The translations under genes and the position numbers were made by a program. A DNA stretch of 63,059 bases, the filler included, from Dugesia japonica (Eukaryota), in assembly GCA_001938525.1 (NCBI GenBank). It is 5 parts of 5 records of this genome, joined end to end, with 100 filler letters (N's around TTAATTAATTAA, not from the genome) between each part and the next. Parts side by side here need not be neighbours in the genome. Positions count along the whole stretch, not along the records: positions 14,074 to 24,339 come from MQRL01577286.1; positions 24,440 to 33,830 come from MQRL01635973.1; 3 more parts are not named here. The stretch is one strand, 5' to 3'. The notes under the pieces were generated by a model. That model was not told the DNA's origin. It searched no databases and worked only from the letters and a program-made list of their open reading frames with translations. Positions 14,681-28,100 of this stretch are shown piece by piece (positions within the stretch are counted from its first letter, which is position 1; each line of letters starts with the position of its first letter).

Positions 14681-15399
14681 TTTGATATTAATTTATTGAC
14701 AAACTGAATTTATTTGAGGGAATTTGTAAATTTTTGGATTTTATAAAAGTAAAAAATAAACGTTTTTTCAACCACTTTATATTCATGGGAAGACAGTAGG
14801 TGAATTTCTCAAAAGCATATTAATGAATTAAATTGAGACGTTAAAATCAATACCTACACGCCACTTTCGAGTTCTCTTTTACTTTTAGACACACTTCTTC
14901 GCTACCAAACGAAATTCAAATTACCCGCCACAATCTTCAAAACACACATTTTAAAAATCAAAATTCCCCCAACCCTCACACTCAGGATCAAAAATCATTG
15001 ATGACAATTAAAATAAAAATGATTCGATCAAAAGTTTTATCTTCCTTGAAATCTCTAAAAAACCCTACTTGGATATTAGCATCACAGTTAGTTAATAATG
15101 ACATCGAATAATTTCTATACACCCTTACCGATTAATAGTTGTCCTTTTGTTCAACTGGATAATAATGCTAGCAATTTTATTGCTGATCTTTAAAATACAA
15201 TTTATATGGATGGACAGTGTGAAGAAGCATTATTACCTTTGTATATCAAAAATGTCTATTAAATAGCAAGTCTAAAATTCAATACATGTCAACACAAATG
15301 AAATGTTAAATGAAATAACTGTCATAATTAATTCCAAAGCAAAATCCTTGAGTGACAGGGAAAATGACAACATATCTCTTAAGGGTTTTTTAACTTTTA

Positions 15400-15915
15400 G
15401 TTTTATTTATATCCATATGTTATCATATTTGAATATGAGAAAATCGCAAATAGATTTGAATTCCCATTTAAGACTGACAAAATGGATACTGGTTATTTTA
15501 TTATTAAATTTACATTAATTAAAGATTATCCAATGAAATTTGTAAAATTTAAATTAGATTATTTTAAAGTAAATTATCATATTATACAGTTGAAAGATGA
15601 ATAATACATGACATAATTAAAAAAATTAAGTAAATATTTAACAGAAAGTAGTTGTGAATTATTTAATACTATTTCTCTCAAAGCAAATAATCTATTTAAA
15701 TTCTCACTAAAAGAGAATATCAAAACTGTTACATTCGATAAAGTCTTGACAAGAACATTAGGATTAGAAAAACAACCATATTCACATGCAGATATGAAAA
15801 ATGGTTCATAACAAGGTTCTAAAAATCCGAAAATAATTAAGTTACATCAACAAATGTTCATCTATAGTAGTATTGTTAACCCTATACTTGTAAGAGATGT
15901 AAAGTTCCTCTTTTG
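15400..15915 (+). pseudogene. Polinton minor capsid (penton) remnant
   Basis: QMFIYSSIVNPILVRDVKFL at ~15850-15912 resembles the Polinton penton motif (M/L)(F/Y)IYxDIVxPxxVGDxxxPLL. The upstream part is heavily degraded. Confidence 0.45.
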
Positions 15916-16349
15916 AAGCAATTTTACCTAAATCACCCAAAAATCATCAATGCCGAGGATAAATTTGACCAAAACACCCAAAAATTACCCAAACCAACCA
16001 ATCCCGAGGAAATAAGTAACCAAATTCATCTGAATCAACCAAAAATTGACNNNNNNNNNNNNNNNNNNNNNNNNNNNNNNNNNNNNNNNNNNNNNNNNNN
16101 NNNNNNNNNNNNNNNNNNNNNNNNNNNNNNNNNNNNNNNNNNNNNNNNNNNNNNNNNNNNNNNNNNNNNNNNNNNNNNNNNNNNNNNNNNNNNNNNNNNN
16201 NNNNNNNNNNNNNNNNNNNNNNNNNNNNNNNNNNNNNNNNNNNNNNNNNNNNNNNNNNNNNNNNNNNNNNNNNNNNNNNNNNNNNNNNNNNNNNNNNNNN
16301 NNNNNNNNNNNNNNNNNNNNNNNNNNNNNNNNNNNNNNNNNNNNNNNNN

Positions 16350-16646
16350 CCACAGGAAAATATGTAGCCACTTAATCCTATTACGTAAAAGTTTCACCGA
16401 TGAAATTAATCTCATGACATAATATGTGTGCAAATAATTTTCCCAAATAAATACACAGGAAAAATGTAGCCACTCTTACGCAATATTGTCGCGACGAAAT
16501 TAATTACATTATGTAATGCACACAAATGTGTGCCGCCGCTTATTTACATTAGAAAATGATAGCCATACTTATGTAATAATCCGATTACGTCGGGGGAGAG
16601 AGGTCACTAAATATGTGCTGGCTACGACTCCTACTATCCGTCTACT
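16350..16646 (+). repeat. Probable orphan Polinton right terminus with subterminal repeats
   Basis: Repeated CACAGGAAAA..TGTAGCCAC units (16350, 16454, degenerate ~16550), CGGGGG at 16591, and terminal CTCCTACTATCCGTCTACT. Same layout as 24441-24675. Confidence 0.45.
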
Positions 16647-16779
16647 ATTATTTACTACTTAAAAAACCTTAATAATTTACTAATTATAAAAAATAAATAA
16701 AAGACAATTATTATCCAATGAAAGTTTTATTAACATAACATTTAGTTCTCAAAGTCGTCAGCCATCTTCAGAATATTTG

Positions 16780-19700
16780 CGATTAGATAATGTTTGCTAA
16801 AATTGATATGACTTTGAGTAATGATTGCATCATTTATTTTTCCGTTGATTAAACTGAGTTTTGGAATGATATCTTTATACAGCTTAACTTGCAATTGTGT
16901 CAGTGATTCATGAACAATTGTACAGTCAAGTTTTCTATTGAATAATACCTTTTCTATTTGTAATATGAATTGAGCAGCATGATAGATTAGATCAAGAGAA
17001 TGAAACTGAATATGGGTGAAACCATGGTTCTTTTTAAAGTTTACATTTTTGTGAGGAGAAATTGATTAATATAATCAGTGAGATTTTCTCCAATTGCAAT
17101 TAGACGGTCATTATATTTTGAATTAGAGAAGTCAAAGATGTTACAGCTTTTGAGCTCTAAGGAGTAGATAAATATACACCAGTTATTGTTGTTTGGAAAT
17201 ACACAGACAAGACTGTCAAGAAATTTGAACTGTTTAGAGGAAACGTTTTCAATTATAAAAATATTGTTCTGAGCGATGAGATTAGAAGTGGTATCTAATG
17301 ATAGAATGACAATATTTGAATGTTGAAGATACTATTTTTCTAATAGAGTTGNNNNNNNNNNNNNNNNNNNNNNNNNNNNNNNNNNNNNNNNNNNNNNNNN
17401 NNNNNNNNNNNNNNNNNNNNNNNNNNNNNNNNNNNNNNNNNNNNNNNNNNNNNAACCTGAAATTACAGTAGCAGGTTCATTGGGAATCTTAAGAATTTCG
17501 TTTCGAATTTCTTCAATGAGATTTTTTGGAAGAATTTGCAATTTATTATCAATAAGGACTGCTTAGGCGCAAGTGTACGCTCCACAGTCGTAATTATTGT
17601 CCTGCTAGTCCAAATCGTTGTAAGAATGTTGAATGTATTTTGCATTCAAATTAAATAAAGTATTGAAAGCCGAGGTTAAGTTTTCTCAGACAGTTTTGTT
17701 TGATAAATTATCTTTTAAATCAAAAATAGGATCAATAAAATATGATAAATTTTCTAACTTGTTGTAAGCAAAAAGAATCCAATGAAAATTGTCAATATTG
17801 ACAGGACAGAGAAGGATTTGAGCTTGGTGAATATCGTTAGATGAGAAGATCTGATGATCATTAGGATATTCGAGGATCAGTTGTACAATACTTGGTGGGA
17901 TATGTTTGATGAATGGATTTGTCAAGTGTTTACAAAGATAATGATTAATGTCTTCATCAGTAAACCAGTATTCTACAGTTTTATTAGATGAAAGTGCACA
18001 AATGGTGTCTTTTTCGTTTCCTGCATCAGTAGATTTCGGTGAGTTTGTAGAGATGCAGACTGATGCAGGTATATCCCGTCATTTGTGGTTTGCTTTCAAG
18101 GCCTTTTGTATAGCAGAACGGGTTTGTGATGAAATTAGAGTGTAAGTATCAATTATTGGAGAGTCAGATAAATAATGAAGGTCAGTTTCAGGTTGATTAT
18201 TTAGTGAGTTGATATTGGATGAATCAGTAACAGTTTCGTCAGAAAGATTCATATTGCTTATAGTAGAAAGAAAATCAGACTTTTCTGCATTACTAATTGG
18301 ACGTTTTGATGGTCCGAGAAAAGATAAATAACTAAGGTCAGTTTCAGGTTGATTATTTAGTGAGTTGACATTAGATGAATCAGTGATAGTTTTATTAGAA
18401 AGGTTCATAATGTTTATCGTAGATGGAAAATTAGACTTGCTTGCATCATTAGTTCGGCTATTTGATGATTTGTGAACAGATTCAGAATTTGTATTAATTA
18501 TATTGATTTATTTTTAATTAATTTTATGTTCAACAGCTCAGTGAGATAAAAGATGAGTAATTCAATATCCTTACTGGTTTCGTTGCTGCACTTCTTTCTT
18601 GAATTAAAAGAGATAGTAAATTTTGAACGGTTATTTTTTACAAATCAAAGTCTGTCCCAAAGAATCCAGTAAAAAAATCCTTTGCATTTGTTATTGTCAT
18701 ATTTAGATGACGGTTCATTTGTATAGTAATTATTCGTCATTTCCATCAATTTTGGAATAATTTCTAATTGTGATTTACATAATTGAAAATTTGTTTCAAT
18801 CGTTTGGATAAATGAGTTAATTAAGAGAATAGTGTTTGATGAAATTTGAAAAGTCTTTCTTGACAACTCTTGTGATAATAAGATTAAGAAAGAAATTTTG
18901 CTATAATTGTAGGAGCTCAAGTTTCTATCAGTTCAGACAATAGATCCTTTGCATCATCAATTGTAATAATTGAATTTATTATTGCACAATTTTTAAAGTA
19001 ATTATAAACATAATTCTGATAAGATTGATTATAATTGAATTGTAGTTCATTTTTGAGTTTGAGATAATTCAAGAAGAATATGGATTCAACTAGTTTTTTG
19101 TTTGTATTATGGATGGAGATAATATCTCGAAAGATTGTATTGCTAGTAAAAATATCGATGAGATCAAATTGACCTAGATCGAATATTATATCACTTAAAT
19201 TTCTATTAGGATTTGGTGATTCACATATAGTTGATCGTTTTTCATTAATGACAAAATTCCCATGATCATAAGATATATTCTTTGAGAAATCTTTTTCTGC
19301 TTGTAAACTTTTGATGTGCTCATTTATAGAGACACTTTTATTTGACGAGCTATCAATGAAATTTAGCTCGGCAAGTGATGGCAATCAACTGAAAAGTGAT
19401 TTTAGTTCCGAGCGAGAAATGTCAATAGATTTGTTTTCATTTAAGTGACTAGATGCATTTAGATTGTTGACACTTAAAATATAATTGTAAAAACGACTGC
19501 CATTTTCGAATGCTAAATCTCATTTCAATTGAAAGTCTGGGAGCAGTTTGTTTTGAATGAGAGCTGTGATGACTGAGTTTGACTTTTCTGATTTCTGTTT
19601 GACNTTCTTTATGGAGGAAACTGAATTGAATTCATTACTAAGTGAAAATAAAAATAGTTTAATTGAAATTGGTGCTTCAACTCGGTCGCTTGAATTACAT

Positions 19701-20472
19701 ACTGATATTATGTTAAATTTAGGATCAGACATGTAGACTTCTTTATTTCTATTACTAATTTCGGTCTTATTTGGTTTAGAGCTCGAAGTCTTTCGGAAAG
19801 TTTTGGAAATGCTGTTATTTTCAAAGGTGAGATTTTCAAGATTTTACAACTGAAAAGAGACTTTAAATTGATTTTCATTAATTCTTGATTAATTTTCTGC
19901 GATTTTGAGGCACTGTAATTGGTTTTCAATAATTTGAGAATATTTGGAAAATTCGATAATAGAATTTTTTGATCTGGTGTAGAAAATTTCATCGAAAATA
20001 AGTTTGATTCATCTAGAATTCGAGAGGATAAGTCTATGGTGACAGGTGCATTTTTAGAATTTGGCACCATTTTTGAAGTTTGAACACCAGGTTAGATTTG
20101 TTAACAGTGACTTTCAAATTATCAGAAATCACAGAATGAAAGATAAATATGGAATTCATTAATTGAGAGTTCATTTTTTGCTGCTAATCTAGCAATAAAT
20201 TTATTTAAATTACTTTTATTTTGTGTGTAATCAAATATACTTTTTTGTACATTTTTTGTAATTTATCTGTTGTGGTTTCTTCTAAATCTTCAAGAGTCTT
20301 TCTTGATATTTTCAACAAATTAATTTCATGTAAATTTTTTAAATGACTTATTAAACTGCTGGTAGATTATTCCTTGTATTTCAAATATTTCACACATTTT
20401 TTACATTTAGCTTTCTCTTGGACATCGCATTTTTAATAATATTTCAACAATTTAGAACTTTTCTTAATACAT
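16780..20472 (-). pseudogene. Degenerate long ORF with BED zinc finger and C48 (Ulp1/SENP8-like) protease domain(s); likely transposon-borne
   Basis: KAKCKKCVKYLKYKE*STSSLISHLKNLH (BED-like, ~20325-20420). EYWFTDEDINHYL...IPPSIVQLIL...LCPVNIDNFHWILFAY...YFIDP (17690-17975). Second degenerate copy VCVFPNNNNWCIFIY...IFDFS (~17125-17215). Confidence 0.6.
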
Positions 20473-21929
20473 TTTGAGAGAAAGGTGTTTTTTAAACAAT
20501 TTTAATTTAAATTTAATTGAATAGTTTAAATGTAATTAATAAATCAAATTTATTAATATAAATATAAAAATTTTTTAAATAAAAAGTGTACTATGTAGCA
20601 TAGAAGAATGTGAAAAAAAAATAATATCTTTTCTAGATTCAGATATTTTTTTAAAAAATAAAAATATATTAGTGTAGTAGGTTTGGGAATTATGGTTTTT
20701 TTTTATCTAGTTTGGTCTAAACATTCATTCAGGAATTTTTTCCCTTGTACAAATTTTAAATTCTAGTGATAGAGTTGTCAATTGTCAATATAGAGGGGAA
20801 ATATTTGTTAGTATTTAGTGTTTTCAAAATTTTCCTGTGCGAATTTTAATTGCAAAAATTAATATTCAATTTATTTTAGTAATAGAATAAAAGCGCACCA
20901 AACCACATACCTCCGTTTGTAAAAGGTTAGTAGAAAGTGGTTTGAAAAATTCGCTATTTAAATAGGTGGCGAACATAATTTATGTGCAATTGCATTACTT
21001 TTACTCGTACGTTTTTTGTGCCTGGTTAAAAATATTTAGATTTTTTCAAAATATTCAATCTTTTATCATCTTTTTTTATAAATTTACTTGAAAATTATTT
21101 AAATTTATATAAGGAATTTTTCCTTGTTTAAAAATATTCAATTTAATTTATTGTAAAAAGTAATTTTTCAAATATTGATTATTGTTTGGCTAATTCTTTT
21201 ATAATTAAATGAAAATCATATTTACTACCATTATGAAAAAATATAGGAATATATAGGTTTTCAATTTAAATTACAACTGATATGAGCAGCACCTATATAT
21301 GTACTATTAAAGTGATCATGATCTAATACTTTATCAATAAATACACTATTATTATTAATATGTAATGATTTTGGATCATACTTAAAGAATGACCTCAAAA
21401 GTGCACTATTCCAATTATTTAAATTTTAAATTTGCATTGAAAATCTTCAACTAATAAACATTGATTTTAATAAAAACCTTATTGCATTAAATTTTAAAAA
21501 TATTAAAAAATTTACGAATTTTTAAAATTACCTAATAATGTCAATACAAACGATAGATATGATGAAGTATATTAAAGTGATTTCGAAAGGCAGTACCTAA
21601 ACGTCAGGGCTTCACCAGAGGAGGATTTGGTTGAAGCCATCTATTGTTAAAAAAAGAAAGTAATTACCCTCAAAGAGTCGAAAAGTAGTATGATTTCGGG
21701 AAAGTTACAAAATTATTATACAGGTTCCTAAAGAGGGCAATCAATGAACTTAGAATCTAAAATTAAAGAAGCTATCTAAACCCTTATCGAGAATAAATCT
21801 TATTTTGATTAACAATCCGAACGAACTTTCATGATTACTTGATATTTTATAACCCAAAACATAAATGATATAAGAAAAAAATATGCATTCAAATACCATT
21901 CATAAAACCACCTTACATTTCAAAAAAGT

Positions 21930-22452
21930 AATACTCTTCATTTGGTGAGATTGCAAAGGAGTAATAATAATGAACATCTTCCACAAGGTCAGTCCTTGAA
22001 TCCACAAAATACTACTCTCAATTGGTTCTGTTAAAAGTAACGTACATTGACTAATACAAATGATATTTTTTTCCACAAGGATAATGCAGAGTTTACGTGT
22101 CTTTGACGAATCAACAAAGTATTGCTAAGTTTAGTTGGGAACAAATAAGTCACCCTTCATATTCACCCGATTTAAAACCTTCCGCTTTTCATTTATTTAG
22201 ATATCTACACATTTCTCCAAATGAAACAACTTCAAAACCCCACAGACATGTAAACACTACACTAACCTATTTTTAGCCTAAAAAGATAAAAGAAAATTGG
22301 GAGGATGGCTTCGTGAAATTTCTTTAAAGATTGCGACGAGTAGTGTAACAAAATGGTGCATATTTGACTGATTAAATATATGTATACTCGTTGAAAAATT
22401 GTGTTTAATTTTCACTTAAAAACTCAACAAACTTTTGTTCTAACCCCATAAT
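21930..22452 (+). pseudogene. mariner transposase C-terminal remnant with right TIR
   Basis: FHKDNA and WEQISHPSYSPDLKPSAFHLFRYL (YSPDL motif). Terminal ACTTTTGTTCTAACCCCATA resembles a mariner TIR. Confidence 0.8.
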
Positions 22453-22859
22453 AAAAATTGAAATTTATTTAATTCTTAAATTTTTTTTGAATAATTTTAT
22501 ATGATATACCGTTATTATTACGATGAGAAAAAATAAATGAGTTACGTCACATTGTAATGTCACTTCTGCTTCAGTCGTTATTTTTATCATTTCTTATAAT
22601 TATTTTATATTTGCAATGTTTGCTTGTACTTTTCATCAGATATTGTATTCACACACTCAATTCATCACTTCCAAACACAAAAATTTTCAAAGTCAAAATC
22701 CACCCCCCCACAGGATCAAAAATCCACGATCTAGATAAAAAATGATCCTATGAAAAATCTGATCACCCCTAAATTCTTTAAAAACTTCACGATAAACCAT
22801 ACCAAATTTATAGCACATCGTTATGATTTTTTGCAGGGAAGAGAGCTTGACAACTCATA

Positions 22860-23830
22860 GTGTGGCAATGCTCTACTATTTACATACTCGTGTATTAGCA
22901 ATAACGTGTTGATTTTACTGTTTCAAACTGATTGTTGTTCCGTAGCAAACAGATGATTGCTCATATAGTCAAAAAATACACCCAAAATCACTATGTCTAC
23001 TTCTACCGTTATCCATACTGTAGTGTTCCTAAATCTATAGATTTACATTCCTTCAAATTTGACCCAAATCAGTGTAAGTTAACTTCGTGCTCAATGCTCA
23101 TCAGATATAAATTATTAATGTCAATGTACAGTAACTCTGTATTTTCATCACTAACTACATAATGATTTTTGACAAATGGGAGACCTCCTCTGATTCTACC
23201 ATCAAATACATGTCGTTGTCTGTTAGTAACTCTGATAATTCTCTTAAGATCATTAATGCTGAATCCCTGCTCATGCCATAAATATCAAATAAACTTAATG
23301 GTTCTAGATTGTTGTCTTCCAATACAATATGTTTTTGGAGCTTGTGATTTCAACATAGATACAGCTTTCTCATATTATTCTTCCCTAACTTTAACCCATT
23401 TTTAGACAAACATATTGCTTCAATCAAATCTTCCAAACTTGTTTCATAATTGTATGAGGAAATCCACCTTAACTTTATTATCTTCAGATCTCTAGATTTA
23501 TTTGTTCTCACTTGTGCTGATTTTAAGGATTTTACTGCAAAATCCAATAAAGGATAATTAAACTGATACAAGTGAATGAATCTGATTGTGGTTTTCTTGC
23601 TGTGGACTATAAAACATAGGAAGTATTCACTAGTTGTTAGAATGCATATTCCAACTTGAAAATATGCTAATGAAAATTTGCGGACATGATAAAGATCATA
23701 TTCTCTAAGATTGTGAAAAACATCAGACAACGGTACATTTATTCTTCTGCTAAGATTGTATTGGTTACACGCTACTCCTTCGAATTCTCCGGTAAAGGGA
23801 TCATAGTCAGATACCAGGTTAACTATAGGT
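22860..23830 (-). pseudogene. Second Polinton protein-primed PolB remnant (EndoVII-type)
   Basis: DYDPFTGEFEGVACNQYNL (decayed EndoVII), VFHNLREYD (exonuclease FHNxxGYD), IRFIH, FDGRIRGG and ELLYIDINNLY (motif A). Confidence 0.75.
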
Positions 23831-24383
23831 TGGTTACATAAATACTATGATGTAACAGTAGAAAATGATATTTCTTCATTGAGTGTAATTAAATTATTCT
23901 TTTCTTCATTATAATTATAATATGACAAAATATGAGATTGTCTAGTCAATACTACTTATACTGAATATCAGATGTCTATAATCATAAATCTTCATTTTTT
24001 AAAATTTTTAAAAAATTTTTCTCTTATAAATTTTTTATTCTAATAAATATTTTTATGCTAATTTTATATTAAATTATTTTTAGAATTTTAAAACTGATAA
24101 ACATTAACACAAAAACATTTTTCAAATATTTAAAAACAATTTAAATTTCAAATGTATGAAATAATATAAATCCTAGCGTTTTAAATTTACAAGCTTTATT
24201 TTCAACAAATAATATAAGTATGAATAGTAACGAACAATTAATTAAAAAATTAAAATTAAATGACGATTGTGAGGTAAATTAAATAGACAGGTTGATTCGG
24301 GGAATTTTTTGTGGCAAATTAATAAAAGAATAATAATTTNNNNNNNNNNNNNNNNNNNNNNNNNNNNNNNNNNNNNNNNNNNN

Positions 24384-24395
24384 TTAATTAATTAA
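24384..24395. other. Artificial contig linker
   Basis: TTAATTAATTAA inside N runs. Confidence 0.95.
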
Positions 24396-24440
24396 NNNNN
24401 NNNNNNNNNNNNNNNNNNNNNNNNNNNNNNNNNNNNNNNT

Positions 24441-24675
24441 ATGGTAAGCAATGACCTTGACTTACTTTTTTTGGAAACGACCTTGACCTAGTTTCCGTTG
24501 CTAAGGACGGTTGCCAGGGTAACCAATGACCTAGTTTCCGTGCTAAGGCGGTTGCCATGGTAACCATTAACCTAGACACTGTTGCTAAGGTGGTGGCCAT
24601 GGCAACGGTTACCATGGCAACGGGGGGTCCCGCCCTTTGACCTACTTTGTCTTCGTGTCCTCCTATCTATCTACT
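24441..24675. repeat. GC-rich tandem ~41-bp repeats with X-box palindromes; probable Polinton terminus
   Basis: GTTGCCAGGGTAAC (24510), GTTGCCATGGTAAC (24551), GTGGCCATGGCAAC (24593), GTTACCATGGCAAC (24608), TGACCT(T/A)G repeats, then CGGGGGG and terminal CTCCTATCTATCTACT. Confidence 0.6.
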
Positions 24676-25114
24676 TACGACGAGTACGAATAACACGATT
24701 AAAAATCAACAAACATTATACATAAAAAGTTGTATAGAAAAAACAAGTACTTTATATGGGAGTCCCAAGGAACAGAAAATAGTTTAATAATTTACTCGAT
24801 TCAGCTTATTTTAGGATGGTTTTAGATGAATTTGGTTGATAATTTACTCTTCATTGATCTTTTCACTCACTTCTTTGTTTTTTCACACATTAATAGTCCT
24901 CAGTTATCAAAGATTTGTTCATTAGTGCGCAGACACTAAAACTCTGCGAGCAGTGCACTGATCATTAATTATCAATGGTTTTCTCACTCTGCATTTTTTT
25001 TCTATCATTTTATGATTTTCTTCCACTATTTGCAGGTTTTTCTAATTTACTGGTTTTCTTTCACTATTTGCAGGTTTTTCTAATTTACTGGTTTTCTTTC
25101 ACTATATGATGGTA

Positions 25115-28100
25115 TTCACTCTTCATTAGTGGTAAATGTACTGTTTAATTAATATTTAATTATTTAACCTATTCTATATTTTTACCTGCTAATTTTTTAA
25201 ATTAAATTAGATATCGTGTGTATTTTAATTTGTGTTCTATTTCTATCGCAAAACTTTAATTAAAGTTTAATTTACATTAGGAATTTTTTATTAAGATTGA
25301 ATCCATAAAATAATTTCTAAACATTTATTGGAAATAATCCATATAATTGATTGAATAAATTAAGTATGGTGAATTGATTAATTTTCAACGTGTAATTTGA
25401 TTAAAACTATGCTTTTGAAGGTAAATTGAATTATGTTTTGAATAAATCTTTAAAAGTAATTTTAAAAATAAATTAGATTTCATGTATACATTTTTATGAT
25501 TAAATTTAAAATTTTTATGGTTAAATTAAAATTATAATAGAAAAATATTTATTAAGTATTGATGAAATTTTGAAATATTTTAAAATCGAATTAGATTTCT
25601 CGTGTATTTTTTTAAATTAATGTTTAATTTATAATAGAAAATTTTAATTAAGATTGATTCATTGAAATAATTTCTAAACATTTATTGAAAATAACCCGTA
25701 TAATTGACGGATTTAATAAATTTCAAATAATTATCAGTAAAAGTACATACAACTTGAATTTATGTAAAACACGTTAATTTTAGACAAATATTTCAAATAA
25801 ATAGTTAAAATCATGCTTTTTTAAATAAGAGTAGAGGATTAATAAAAATAAATATTTAACTCAAATTTAAGCATCAAAGTAACTATTAGATAGAGAATTT
25901 TATGCTAAGTAAGAATAACACGGTTAAAAATCGAAAATCTTTAATCTTAATGAAAATAGTTAATTTCAAACTTTAATTTATAATAATTGAAATCTTTATT
26001 AAGCATTAGATAATTTGAAATAATTTGAAATATTTATTGAAAATAACTAAAATAATTGATTGAATAAATAATCTTCAAATAATTATGAAGAAAATATCTA
26101 AAACATTAATTTTAAGTGTAAAATACAGTCACATTAGACTTTTTAAAATAATAAGTGAAATTTAAGCTTTTACAATTATAATGAAGAAAAGACTTTAACA
26201 ATTTTTTTTTCAATTAAGATATTACAATAAATAAGAATAATTTTGAAATTAAATTCAATGAATCAAATTAGTTACTCAAATAGTTATTGATTTGTTTATA
26301 ATTTTACTTTGAATAAAATTTCTTTGAAAATTTAACTAATTAATTAAAAACGTTTTAAATAAATAAATCAAGTGATTTGAAAGGATAATATGGAAGGTTT
26401 ATGAATAATTGGTTAAATTTTTAATGATTGAATAAATTTATATGTTCCAAGTAGGTGATTAATTGGTTAATAAACACATTACAAATTTTATTTTTAATGG
26501 ATTTTACTATATTAATCGGTTTATTCGAGTTATTAGTTGTAATGTATATATTCAGTATGTATTAGAGTTGACTATATTGAATAAACTATGAAAACATTAA
26601 ACCATTAACTGAATAATCAGTAATTAAATGTTGATAACGAGCATTGTGTATGTTATTACTTGTTGATAGCGAGTAATCTGTATTTTAAGACTTAATGATA
26701 GTCAGTATTGTGTATTTTAAGACTTGATGATAGTGATAGTAGTGTTTGTTAAGAGCTGTTGGTAATGAGTATTGTGTGTGTTTAGATACTTTGTTTAGAT
26801 TATTTTCCAATTCTTTTACATAGGGCTTTTGAAAATAAAAACGTTTATGTCATTTTTCAACAATGATAAAAACGTTCCTGCCATTTTCAACAATTTTTTA
26901 AAAGATTTGTGTCATTTTTACTATTTATAGTCTCTCTCATCATCTCTAATTCTTAACCTCTCGCACTTATCCTTTTTTACTTGATCCTTCTTAATCTTGT
27001 TCTTACTTATCATTTCTCTAACTTAAAGCAAAGAAACATCCTAAAGAATAAATTGAAACCTAGTTTGAATAAGAAATAATTGAATTTTTGCTTGATTGTC
27101 TATGTATTGGTCCAAAAGATAAATATCAATAAATTATAATGTAGTAGATGGCATACTTACAACAATTGGTTTATTGAAGAATAGAAAATATAGATAAATT
27201 TAGTTAAATAGGAAAAAATGATGGTAATTAGTGAAGAATAAGCAAAATATAGCTAAATATGGTAAAATATGGGTATATAATGCGAAATGACTTAAAATAT
27301 GGCGAAATGAGGAAAAAGGCGAAAATGTACCAAACGTAGACAAATTAAGCATATTAAATGACTATTTATAGAATAAATGCAGTATAATTAGTGATTATTT
27401 TTACTCTATTAAATATTTTCTACCTTCAAACTCATATTTTCCAACGGTAAAACTTGTAATTTTTATAAAAAGTCTATAATTTTTCAATGAAAAGTCTTTA
27501 GTTTTCCAATGATGAACCATTATTTTCTAATATTGAAAATCATATTTTCAATCAAAACAAATAATTCATTCAATCATTCAAGTACTTTTCATCTTAATAT
27601 AATATAATCCTTTGACAATATAGGTTCATTTAATCTAATGTGCATTATTCACCTATTAATCATACTTAGTATAATATTCGATATCATATAGTTTAAGTCA
27701 TAGTACACAACTCTCCTATCATCAAGTCTTAACATACATAATACTCACTATCATCAGCTCTTAACATACACAATATAAGCTATCATCATTTACATATTGA
27801 TTATTTAGTTAATGGTTTAATCTGTTCATTACTTGTTCCATATAGTCAGCCCTAAACTTCAGCCTGAATATATACTTAACAACAAATAACTGGTTAATTA
27901 TTTGCCTAAATATAGAAAATTCCTTTGAAAATAGACCTTATAATGTGTTTATTAACCAATTAATCATCAATTTAGAACATATAAAATTTATTCATTGTGA
28001 TCTAATCATTCTACCTAATTATTTATGAACCTCTTTAAAATAAAGAAAAAGCTTCAATCAAAATAAAATGTATTTGTAAAAAAGTTCAAATTTTCGACAA

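Noticed and set aside
15913-16433. Long ORFs across N runs (also 321-767, 5370-5611, 11109, 28054, 50966, 53625)
   Set aside because: They are open only because N codons contain no stops.
16350-20840. CACAGGAAAA ... TTTTCCTGTG as TIRs around the BED/protease ORF
   Set aside because: Only ~10-11 bp match and no TSD was found. The left motif is better explained as a subrepeat of the orphan terminus.
24388-24615. 75-aa ORF MVTVAMAT...
   Set aside because: It arises from the GC-rich palindromic repeats and runs into a gap.
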